Shown: piece after piece, positions 1 to 10,900 of the stretch | Numbering within the stretch: position 1 is the first letter of the stretch | Layout: the number at the start of each line of letters is the position of its first letter | Assembly: GCA_900299395.1 (NCBI GenBank) | Contig: OMJO01000012.1 | Location: 623-64,622 of the forward strand | Direction: 5' to 3' | DNA from: a bacterium | GTDB lineage: Bacteria > Patescibacteriota > Saccharimonadia > Saccharimonadales > OMJO01 | Length of the DNA: 64,000 nt | Translations under genes and position numbers: made by a program | The notes under the pieces: model-generated | What the model was told of the DNA's origin: nothing | What the model saw: only the letters and a program-made list of their open reading frames with translations | Databases searched by the model: none

Positions 1-143
1 TACCCGATGGTGAAGTTTTTGTCTGCGGCGACAACCGCACTAACTCTCTTGATTCGCGTTATTTTGGGACTGTCCCGAGTTCTGATATTGTCGGGAAATT
101 ATCCTTCCGCATTTTCCCCATCAATAAAGCTGGCGGATTCTAG
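1..143 (+). CDS. lepB: signal peptidase I, C-terminal fragment (gene begins upstream of the window)
   Basis: Frame 3 reads ...PDGEVFVCGDNRTNSLDSRYFGTVPSSDIVGKLSFRIFPINKAGGF*. GDNRxxSxDSRxxG is the conserved C-terminal box of type I signal peptidases. Stop TAG at 141-143. Confidence 0.7.
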   Translation, partial: PDGEVFVCGDNRTNSLDSRYFGTVPSSDIVGKLSFRIFPINKAGGF

Positions 144-145
144 CT

Positions 146-1012
146 TTAGAGCTTACCAAGCTCATCTATTAATCTCTCTAACTCTTCGTCAGACTTGAAA
201 TGTAGCTCAATCTTTCCGCCCTTTGCCGTTCTTTTTATGGTCACTCTGGTTTTCAGGCGCTTGGCTACAGACTTAGTCTCTTCTGTTTCTGCCGCCATCT
301 GCTTCTTTACTACCGCCGTATCAACAATGCCGCGCTTTTGTGTCTGCACAAATTGTTCTGCCTGCCGAACCGACCAACCCTCTTTGATGATGTTATCTAG
401 CAGTGCCCTCTGTTTGGTGGACTGTCCTTTAAGTGCCAGTACCGCACGAGCATGTCCTTCAGTTATTTTCCCATCCTGCAATGCAACTCTCGCTTCTTCA
501 GGTAGCTGCAAAAGTCGCACAATGTTATTTATAGTGGTCGCCGCTTTGCCTAACCGTACTGCGATATCGTTATAACTCATATTAAATTGTTGGTGCAATC
601 GCTCAATCGAGATCGCTTGCTCGAGTGGCGAAAGATCAACACGCTGCACGTTTTCGATAAGAGATATTTCTAACTGCTCCAGCTCTTTTTCCTCCCTGAC
701 GATTGCTGGTACCTTAGTAAGCCCAGCTATTTGTGAGGCACGCCATCTCCGTTCACCCGCAACAAGTAGATAATTACCGTCCTTCCCTGGCGTAACTATG
801 AGTGGCTGGAGTATACCGAATCTTTGAATAGATCGGCTAAGCTCTTCAAGTGCCTGAGTATCAAAATGTCTCCGAGGCTGTTCAGGATTTGGGTTGATGT
901 CTTTAATGAACAAATTTTGTACTCGTTCACTTTTATCTACCAACAGCGACGAATCAAAGTTGTTCGGGATAAGAGAGTCCAGCCCCCTGCCTAGTCCTGA
1001 TGGTTTAGACAC
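146..1012 (-). CDS. parB: chromosome partitioning protein ParB/Spo0J
   Basis: 288 aa. N-terminal GLGRGLDSLIP, the ParB box motif LVAGERRWRA and an HTH segment. Overlaps parA by 8 nt. Confidence 0.9.
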   Translation of the reverse strand: MSKPSGLGRGLDSLIPNNFDSSLLVDKSERVQNLFIKDINPNPEQPRRHFDTQALEELSRSIQRFGILQPLIVTPGKDGNYLLVAGERRWRASQIAGLTKVPAIVREEKELEQLEISLIENVQRVDLSPLEQAISIERLHQQFNMSYNDIAVRLGKAATTINNIVRLLQLPEEARVALQDGKITEGHARAVLALKGQSTKQRALLDNIIKEGWSVRQAEQFVQTQKRGIVDTAVVKKQMAAETEETKSVAKRLKTRVTIKRTAKGGKIELHFKSDEELERLIDELGKL

Positions 1013-1760
1013 GTTTGAGTACCTCCTTGGTTAACTGTTTATACGCCCTCGCCCCTTTTGACCACTTATCATGTTCAGCTATTGGTTTCCCATGACTTGG
1101 AGCTTCCGCAAGTCGAATATTTCTTGGTATAACTGCCTCAAAAACCTTATTCCCAAAATGCTTCTTTAGCTCGTTATGCACTTGTGATGATAAGCTCGTC
1201 CTGCTGTCATACATAGTTACTACGACCCCTAAAATCTCAAGTTCTGGATTCACATTTTGTTTCACTGTCTGGAAAACTTCCAGTAATTGGCCGAGTCCTT
1301 CGAGCGCATAGTATTCAGCCTGAACTGGTATAAGTAATAGATCTGCAGCTGCTAAGGCGTTTACCGTAAGAAGACCCAAGGCCGGCGGACAGTCAATAAT
1401 AATAATGTCGTGGTCAAAAGCCTGAAGGCTATGCTTGAGCATTGACTCTCTTTTTTCCTTTTCAACAAGTTCAACTTCAGCAGTAGCAAGCGCAGCATTT
1501 GTGGGGAGTATGCTCAAATGTGGAACGTCTGTTTCCAGCAGAACCCTTTCAGCACCCATGCGCCCCATGAGTACGTCATAAACACCGCCTTCTATCCGAT
1601 GTTTATCAATACCGAGTCCGCTCGTTGCATTACCCTGCGGATCAAAATCAACGAGGAGTACACGCTTGCCCGCTTTTGCAAGATACGCAGCAACATTAAT
1701 AGCGGTAGTAGTTTTACCTACCCCGCCCTTTTGGTTGAGAACTGCTATAATCCGTTTCAC
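1005..1760 (-). CDS. parA: chromosome partitioning ATPase ParA/Soj
   Basis: 251 aa. Deviant Walker A NQKGGVGKTTTAINVA, followed by DFDPQGNAT. GTG start. Confidence 0.9.
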   Translation of the reverse strand: MKRIIAVLNQKGGVGKTTTAINVAAYLAKAGKRVLLVDFDPQGNATSGLGIDKHRIEGGVYDVLMGRMGAERVLLETDVPHLSILPTNAALATAEVELVEKEKRESMLKHSLQAFDHDIIIIDCPPALGLLTVNALAAADLLLIPVQAEYYALEGLGQLLEVFQTVKQNVNPELEILGVVVTMYDSRTSLSSQVHNELKKHFGNKVFEAVIPRNIRLAEAPSHGKPIAEHDKWSKGARAYKQLTKEVLKRV

Positions 1761-1908
1761 GTTTTACTGATACCCCTGACGTTCTTATGTATAGATTACC
1801 ATTTTGACTATCAAAGGTAAACGTTGCTAAATGTAGTGTTTCACCCTCGCCTAAAGACGGACATAGACATACCTATACGTCCGCAACACTACGTCGCACA
1901 ATACTAGC

Positions 1909-4900
1909 TTATCTCTGAACAATGTGGTAGCTAAATGTGTACGTCTTCGATGCTGTCAGCGCATTGTACGAATTCAGGTCAAAGGTTGTAGTCGTAGACG
2001 TGTAGTAATACTGTGGGAAGTTTGATGAAGCGGGCACCGTATTTGGTGTAATAGCAATGGTTGGTGCCGAAACATACGCAACTGCAAATGTGACGGTTGC
2101 CTGCGCACCTGCTGCCGGTGTTGTACCAGTGTTAATGGTGATCAACCCAGCCGTGTCATTACCATTAATAGTGACTGTACAGCCAGTGCCACAGTTGGCG
2201 TTTAGTGCAACCGTGGTTGTCCCGCTGGCATTCGCAGACAAGATATGTCCAGCAGCTTTAAGTGTACCGTTGAATGTTGCGTCGCTATTAACGGTTAACG
2301 CACCCCCGGCTGCCGCTGAACCAATAGTCACATTAATGGTAGATCCCGCCAAACCGGCATTACCAATGTTGATATTTAGTGTCTTGCCACTGGCAACTGC
2401 GCCAGTACCAATATTGATAGTCTGATTCTGCGTAGACTGACCTATGGTAATCGTGCCCGTGCCTGTCGTGGTGCCAAGCGTCAGGGCGCCGGTGGTTGTA
2501 TTAGCTGAAAGCAAGGCGGTACCAGCAGTGCTTTGTACCACGAAGGCCGTTGATGAGTCTGCCGAGACAACGACCGTATTGTCACTCGCTGCGGTTAATC
2601 CGTTACTTACCAAGTTACCTGCCTCGTCTAATGTCAGGTGAGACGAACCACTGTTAAGGTTTAAAGTTGTGAAGTACACGCTACGGAACTGCGTCGAAAC
2701 ATTACCCAAGTCAACACCAGACAATGCTGTACCCGCACCAGAACAACTTGCATCAGAACATTTTACCGTTCGTAAGTTGGCGCTTGTATTGTCGTAGTAG
2801 CTAATAAATGGCTGCCCGTCACTTGGCAAGACAATTGATGTGTACTGACCTACATCATTGGTTGTGTCGATGCTTGCAGCGGAACCACTCGTACATGTTG
2901 AGTTACTGCACTGGTAAACCTTCAGATCACCATTTGTAAGGTCATAGTAGCTTATGACCGGTTGACCACTTGTGCCAACGACCACCGAAGTATAATAACC
3001 AACAGAACCAGTTGAGTCTAGGGTTGTTTTTGTAGCACTTGTACAGGTAGTGTTACTACACTTCGCTATTCGTAAGTTACCGTTTTGAGCGTCGTAGTAG
3101 CTTATGACTGGCTTGTCATCACTTGGGATTGCCACAGAGTTATACTTTCCAATTATCGAAGATGAGTTGTCGATAGTCGTAGTCGTATTACCGCTAGCAC
3201 AAGTTTTAGTACCACAGCTTACAGCAAGGAGATCGCCATTAGTGGAGTTGTACACCGAGAGGAATGGCAGGCCAGAGCTATCTACTTTAATGGCATGTTC
3301 AAGCCCTGATGCTACCGATAATGTGGTAGTGTTACCACTATTACAAGCCGTATTACCACATTTGATGATATCGATGCCCCCATAGCCATAAGATATGACA
3401 GGTAAACCATCTGAGCCAATAGCTATGTCTTGATAGCCCTTCCCGTGGAGAGAGTCGATCGCTACCGGCGACGAGTTACCACTTGAGCAAGCGGCGTTTC
3501 CACATCGTACGATATACAAGATATCATTATTGTTGTTACCACTGTCTGTTGAGTATACAACGTATGGTTTACCTGTTGGGTCCACTGCAATCGAGCCAGA
3601 CAAGAAGTTAGAAGCTGGCGTCGTCAGGCCAGATGCAATTGTCGTTTTGGTAGAACTGCTACAGGTAGCGTTACTACACTTCGCCACTTTTATAGCGTTA
3701 TTAGTTACATCCGTGTAAACAATTATCGGTAAGCCGTCAGAACCTATTGCAGTTTTAGTATATTGGCCGACGGTGCCCGTGGTATCTATATTAGTAAACG
3801 TGTTTGTCGTACTTGCCTGACTTGGCGCAAAGCCTGGTCGAATAACATTGTTGGCCGTATCAGCAACCAGCAAGGTGGTAGAACCGGCAGCATTCTGAAT
3901 TTGGAAGGCAGTTGTACTCGTTCCCTGCAGATTTAGCACACCTGCGCTTGTGCCAGTATTAGAGTTTGTCATCTGATACTGGAAGCCGTTGATTGAACTT
4001 GTTGAAGTTTCGGCAGAAGTTGGGTTCTTGGCTAAGAAGCTACCACTAAGCCCACCGCCAATGGCATTGACACAGTTTGCCGAAGCCGCCGTAGTACATA
4101 TGGTCCCCGTCTCTGCTGGTAGGGTTAGCGTAAAGTTACTTGCCGTAGAAGTAGGTGCAATGGTTATTGTGCCACCACCAGTGGTACCAAAGGCCAGCTG
4201 AGAACTTGCTGTTCCCGCCTGACCAATAACAACTTTCGAGTTAACAGTATCCACGTTGAGGATCTGCGTACCTGACGCATTTTGTACCTGGAAGGCGGTA
4301 GATGTGTCAGCAGTTGGTGCTACAGTACCATCACCAGTAATACCAGTATCATCAAAGGTGGTAGCAGCTGTTGTACCAATTAAACCTGTCGTGGCCGGAC
4401 TTGTTGCAACCGCAGTTCGATAGATCTTGTAGCTAACGGCACCACTGACTGTACTCCAGGTAATACGTTGATAGTTTGCCGTAGTCAGCGTCGCAGCACC
4501 ATTGGCGCTTGTTGTAGTACCTTGGCTAGATGCAGCCGTGGTAGCACCACTGGCGGTGACTGCTACTACTTTGTATCCCCAGGTAGATGCACCGGTTGTA
4601 CCGACGGTCGTAACTGTCGGTGTGCCTGGTGTTGCAAGGTTTGCAATAGTAAGACCACCCTGCAAGCTACCAGCTACACTCAAATTATTAGCTCGCAGAT
4701 TACCCTGCACCCACGCGTTACCCGCTACGCCAAGATCCGCGGCAGTTTGGATAGACCCGGCAGCATCGAAACCGCCTTGGACGCTAGCTGACCCGCTGAA
4801 AACGGTGTTGCCACTGACCTGCAAGCCACCAAGCTCGGCAGTGCCAGCCTCAAGAGACTGCGTATATGTACCGCCCATGTCATATATCTGCAGCAAGTTT

Positions 4901-7900
4901 GCACTAGCAGATGGGACATAGGCGTAGCGGCCATTAAGGACAATCGCGTACGGAATACTGCCCGTCGTTATTGTCCCGCCACTGAGTAACGTAGGATTTG
5001 CCGGGTTACTGACATCATATATGGTGATTGTATTTGAAGTCGCATTTGCCACATATGCATAGCGACCCTGTACGGTTAGACCTCGTGGGTTCGTTCCGGT
5101 ATTCACCGACCCAACAACGAGTGGCGTCGCAGGATTCGATACATCAATGACCTGCATAGTGCTGGAGGTAAAGTTAGTAACATACGCGTAGCGTCCCTGG
5201 ATGGCAACCCTATACGGTGTAGCTCCAACCGTTACGGTGCCTAACAGCGACGGGCTTGCGGCAGTTGCAATGTCGTAGATTTGCATAGTACTCGTGCCGG
5301 TATTCACAACATATGCATATCGTCCGGCAACATTTAAGCCAATAGGTGAACTTCCCGTACCCGTAGATATAACTCCTACGGCTATTGGGCTAGCCGGGTT
5401 AGAAATGTCGTAGACCTGGAGTGTATTGGAGGTTGTGCTAGACACATATGCGTAACGCCCCTGCACAGCTAATCCACGTGGGGCAGTACCCACCGCAACT
5501 GATCCAGACAATGATGGAGTTGAAGGCTTACTGATATCAAATACCTGTAAGGTGTTTGATGTTTGATTGATGACGTAGGCATATTTATCTGCAACACTCA
5601 CTGCGGTAGGTGTGGTGCCGGTAGAAACACTACCAACTACTGCAGGATTGCTAGGACTACTCACATCTATCACCTGTAGTGTTGCGCTCGTCTGGTTGGT
5701 TACGTACGCATACCTGCCCTGAACTGCTACGGCGTTCGGGAACGACCCAGTCGCAACAGTGGCTGCCGCACTAGACGGGGTCGTACCACTAACATACAAC
5801 TGACCTGTTGGCGTACCATTGCCCCCAATCACCAACTGCAATGCAGAATTCGAGTTGTTTGCGCTTGTGTATGCCGAGTTACTGCTCGGTGGTGATGTGG
5901 ACCCAGCCGTTATACTCCCCACATCTGTAAAAGAGTTTGTCTGCACAGTAGTCAGGTAGACTTCTGTACCAGTTGCTGTACTTCTATAGACTTTATACGC
6001 AACAGCGCCAGAAACTGCACTCCAACTAACATCAATTGTCTTTAAGGTAGTATCTGTCGCCACTGATGTCTCCGTAGACGCCGCACTCTCTCCACCCGTC
6101 CCATCTATGGCCGTGATTTTGTAGTAATATGTCGTGCTTGCAGTAAGGTTGCCCCCGGCAGTAATAGATGCACCGTTACCCGTATAACCTGTATCGTTAA
6201 ATGTCGTACCTGTTGTCGTTCCAACCAAACCGATAGTACTACCACCGACTGTTCTATATATCTTGTAGTAAAGTACCGATCCCGAGGAAGGTGTAAAGGC
6301 TGTCCACGAAAGTGCATTATAGTTAGTACTGCTGAGCGTCGCATTACCTGTTGCGGTTGTGCCCGCAGCAGATGCGGCAGAGTTACCAATTGTGCCTACC
6401 GCCTCAATGATATAGCTGTAGCTCGTTGCACCTGTCGTGCCTGTGGGTGTTACGGTTGGCGTTGCGTTCTGACTTGGTTTAGTGGCAGTTGGCGTAGGGG
6501 TCGTTACCGCGCTAAGTGCAGAGAATAAGTTTATCCTATTATTGGTACTGTCAACATTCATCAGTGAAGCACTGCTGGAGTTTTGGATTGCAAACTGACT
6601 TGTTGAGTTTGTGCTGTTGCGGAATAGGTTTGCATACGTAGACTGAAGACCATAGCCAGTTACACTGGTCCTAGTCCCAATGTTTACGGCGTTGTTTGCT
6701 GAGTCAACACTTAGTACGTAGTTGTTAGTGGTCGTATCAATAACCGTAAATGCCGTCGATGAAGGAGACTGAACAGATACGTTGTTACTGGAATCCGAAC
6801 TAAGGGCGTTACTGGTAAATTTGCCCGAGGAATCAAGGTACAAATGCATCCCCGATTGCCCACTATTTATTTGAACTACATTGATATTAGCAAATGGATA
6901 GTTCCCGCCAAGGCTTACCCCGCCACTCCAGCTAGAGGTTGAGGCGGCATAACAGGTGTAATCAACACAGTTAAGGACGCCCATCCAGTCATTACTTCCG
7001 GTACTTGTACCAGCATAAAAGGCAATAGATGGGAAGCCAAGGTTATTAATAATAGGTGTGCCCTGTTGACCACCATTCGATTTTGCAGATAAAAACTCTG
7101 TTTGGGTGTTTGCCAACGAACCAGTCGTTGCAGGGTCACAAGATTGACTTCCACAATGATAGATACCTACACCGCCAGCACCAGTATTATCCTTATACAC
7201 AAATACTGGCAACTGGTCACCACCAATCATACCATCTAGATTACTAGTTGCCACCTGGCCAACTGGACCGGCAATTTTAGGCGTGTTATAGGTAGCACAA
7301 CTCGCAACCTTACACTTCACAATAAAGAGTTGATTGTTACTAGCAACCGCGCCAATAATCGGCAGTCCATCACCACCAATCATTATTACTGGTTTGATCA
7401 GGTCGTACGTGCCACCCAACGTTGCATAGTACGAGATGAGTGTATTGGTGTGTGAAGTACAGTTAGCATCATTACATTTTGAGATGAACAGGCCGTCTTT
7501 CCCGTTAGCGCCGTTTGTGTTGTTCTGAGCCGAAACCAAAATTGGATATTGATCTGATGGAGTAATCGCCACCGAAATCTGTCCAGTTAGTGAATGATTA
7601 TTGAGCTCCGGCTCACTCGATGTCCAGGGCTGCACGCTGGTAGATGTCCTGCAAGTGTCGGCATTATTGCCTGTGTTGTTGGTGCAGCGAATCAGTTGAG
7701 GTCTGTTGTTAGTACTTGAGATATTGATAATGAGCGGCATCTGGTTAGGCCCCATAATCATATCCATATTACCGCCTGGAGTAGTAGTCGAGGCCAAAAC
7801 AGTAAACGAGTTACCCGCTGTACAGTCGTACGAGCCACAGTTCCATGCAACAAGTTTGTTCGGGGTCACACTGTTGTCTTTGAACACTATCACCGGCAAA

Positions 7901-10900
7901 CCGTTATTGGTCCCACCCGTCGCGGTTACAACACCAGTCGTGCTCACTTGAGTATAGGTGGGGATGTTTGAGGTACTCAACGTATCTATTTGTGATCCTG
8001 TAGTACTACAGTCCGTCTTATTGCACTTAGTGACCACCAACCAGTTACTGGGTCCGTTTGTCGCTACAGCAACCACCACCGGTAAGCCATCGTTAGGGAA
8101 CACCTGGCTAAAGGCCCCGTTATTCATACTAAGTGTAGGGAATTTTTGATATTGGAAGTAACTTGCACCTTTTGTGGGCTGCACAACAACAGGACTAGCA
8201 GCAGCCTGAAGCACTCCGTTGTAACCATACTGAGAAGAGTTATCGATCGTATTAAGCTGTATGAGATTAGCGCCAGAAGCACTTTGTAGTATAAACGCCC
8301 CCGCGTTGTCAGTTTGCGCGCGAAAGGCAACATCACCCATGACCTGCATCCCATTGCGTATTGAAACTCCCTGCAAAAAGTCAGACTGTCCTGTAACACT
8401 GAAGCGGCCTACGATATTAGTATTGCCAGCTGTCAGACTACCGCCTAGCCCATTATCATTCATGTTCTGACCAGACACTCCCACGAGATCAAGAGAAGCG
8501 CCCACCTTAATTCGTGCCGTAGACGTATATTGAGTTGTACTGACTGCACTGCTTGTGTAACCGCCAAGGACATACATGTAGCCGTTAGCAGCTGCATAAC
8601 CAAAGTTTGAAACACTGTTTGTGAGTGCGTTGGTGGAAGTAGTAAAACTGGCCGATCCAACGCTACCATTTGAATTGAATGGCGCATAGTAAACAGTGTT
8701 ATTACCCGATGTAGCAGAGCTACCGCCACCAAAAACGTACAGATTGCCACTTAGTGCAGCAAGACCATGGTATGCCCTCCCAGCTGGAAGAGAAACCGCG
8801 TTGGTTGACCAACTACCTATTGTGCCATCATCATTAACTGTTGCGTAATAGATGCTTGTTTGTGCAGCGCCTGATGTATTCAGTCCACCTACGTAGTAAA
8901 TACGACCATTGGCATATATTGCCCTTCCGCCAACCAAACCAGCACCCACAGGTAGCGTGTTCGAGGAAGCGGTGAACGAGCCGATGGTGCCATCTGGGTA
9001 GATTTTAGCGTATTGGACAACTGTAGTTCCGGTAGAAGCTGCGGGGGTCTGGGTTGCACAACTGTTACTAGCACAGGTGCTCCCCCCAAGAATATAAATG
9101 TAGCCCTTTGCAGTTATAACTGAACCTCCTGCAACCGCGGTGTTAAGCCGGTATGAAGTGGTGTACCAAGATGTTATATCACCGTTGCTTCCAAGTTTAC
9201 CAATCTTTGTCGAGTAGCTTGGTGTATACGGGCCAGTGCCGCTAGTATCATCAAAGCCACCGCTAATATATACATAGTTTCCGAATGATGCAGCTCCAGG
9301 ATAATATGCTCTACTACCATATAATGACAAGCTAGCTGAAGTGTTCGACCAGGTACCAATTGTCCCGTTTGCCTGTAGCGTAGCAAATGATACTATCGAA
9401 TCGTCCGACCCACTTACTCCCCCGACAGAATATATGTATGGGCCACTTACAAATGTGCTCGAACCATAGCGTGTCTGCAATAATGCCTGTGTAGTTGCCC
9501 AGGCCTGGGTCTCCGCATATCCTGCGCCGTTCACGGTAAGCACTGCGTTCGACGTGTCTAGATTAAATAACTGAGCACCGCTGGAATTCTGTATTTGGAA
9601 TCCATTTGCACCATTTGCCGGCTGTATCAAAACACCACTGGTTCCGGCCTTAATCGTGGTTTGCGATGTCCCGATAGATGAACCGATATTAACCGTTGTG
9701 CTCGAACTAGCGGTGGTGTTGTTGCCGATGTTGATTGTTTGCGCAACTGCGCCTGTCGTGTTACCGATTTGCACAGTGGAAGCGATCCCGGTATTGCCTA
9801 AACTCACAGCTGCACCACTGGTATTTACAAGCAAGTAGTTGTTGCCGGCTGCATTTTGTATCTGGAAGGCGGTGGTTGAATCAGTACTATTTTTTGCTAA
9901 TACGGCGCCGGTAGCACTAACACCAAGAACGCTGGTGCCGCTGCTGTTTTGTACTTCAAAGACGTTGGCAGTACTCTGATTTGTCTGTGCTTTGGCGATA
10001 AGTGTTGCGACGGTATTGAGGTTCGAGGTGTCTGTTGTTTGGAAGAAACCCGAGGCATTAGAGGCACTCTGTCCAAGTACACCATAGCCACCACCACCAA
10101 CACCCTTTACACCACCACCGACACCAGCATACTGCGTACCAATCACTCCGTACGAACTACTGTTCGAGGTTGTACCAACAATAGCGTTACCACTCAAGTT
10201 AGTTGCGTTCGTCGTACCGCCCTGTGTATCTACGTTGAATATAGTAGTCCCGCCCGCATTGTTTATATTAAACGCTGCTGAGGAATCTGCAGAATTTTGC
10301 GATGTTACGGCACCCGTCGCCCCTATTCGGAACATGTTTGAAGCACTGGAGTTTTGTACCTGGAAGATGTCTGCCGTTTGTCCAGAGGCACCACGTATCA
10401 AGCCGCCCACATACCCAATGTTTGCACTCTGGATTGCGAAGTTACCGTTTGTCTGGATGCCATTGCCGTTTTGGATGTAATTACCTGAACCACTCGATGC
10501 CGAACAACCACTAAGACTACACACGACATTACCATTTATTCTGAGCGATCCCGAGTTGTCCAAGTTCACATCCCCGTTAACATCCAGGGCATAACCAGTT
10601 GGGTATTGGTTTATTCCAACCCGCTTATTGACAGTATCTACAACTAGAACGTGACTTGTACCTGCAGAATCATTAACGCTAAAGGCACTTGTTGAGTCTG
10701 ATGAATTTTGCAAAGTAAGAGCGCCTGTTGCGGAAACTCCAAAGAGATTTGCACCCGCACTGTTCCGTAGATTCAACAGGTCTGCCGTCTGCCCGACTGC
10801 ACCCTTTATGACTCCACCTACATACGTTGCATTTGCAGACTGTATCGAGAAGTTGGCGTTCGACTGAACACCAGTTGTGTTCTGTATGAAATTATTTGCA

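Noticed and set aside
1750-1855. Possible parS sites near parA (GTTTCACGT at ~1756-1764, TGTTTCAC at ~1838-1845).
   Set aside because: Only half-sites of the 16-bp TGTTTCACGTGAAACA palindrome are present, and the first arises from the parA start codon region (GTGAAACGG). I found no complete parS anywhere in the window.
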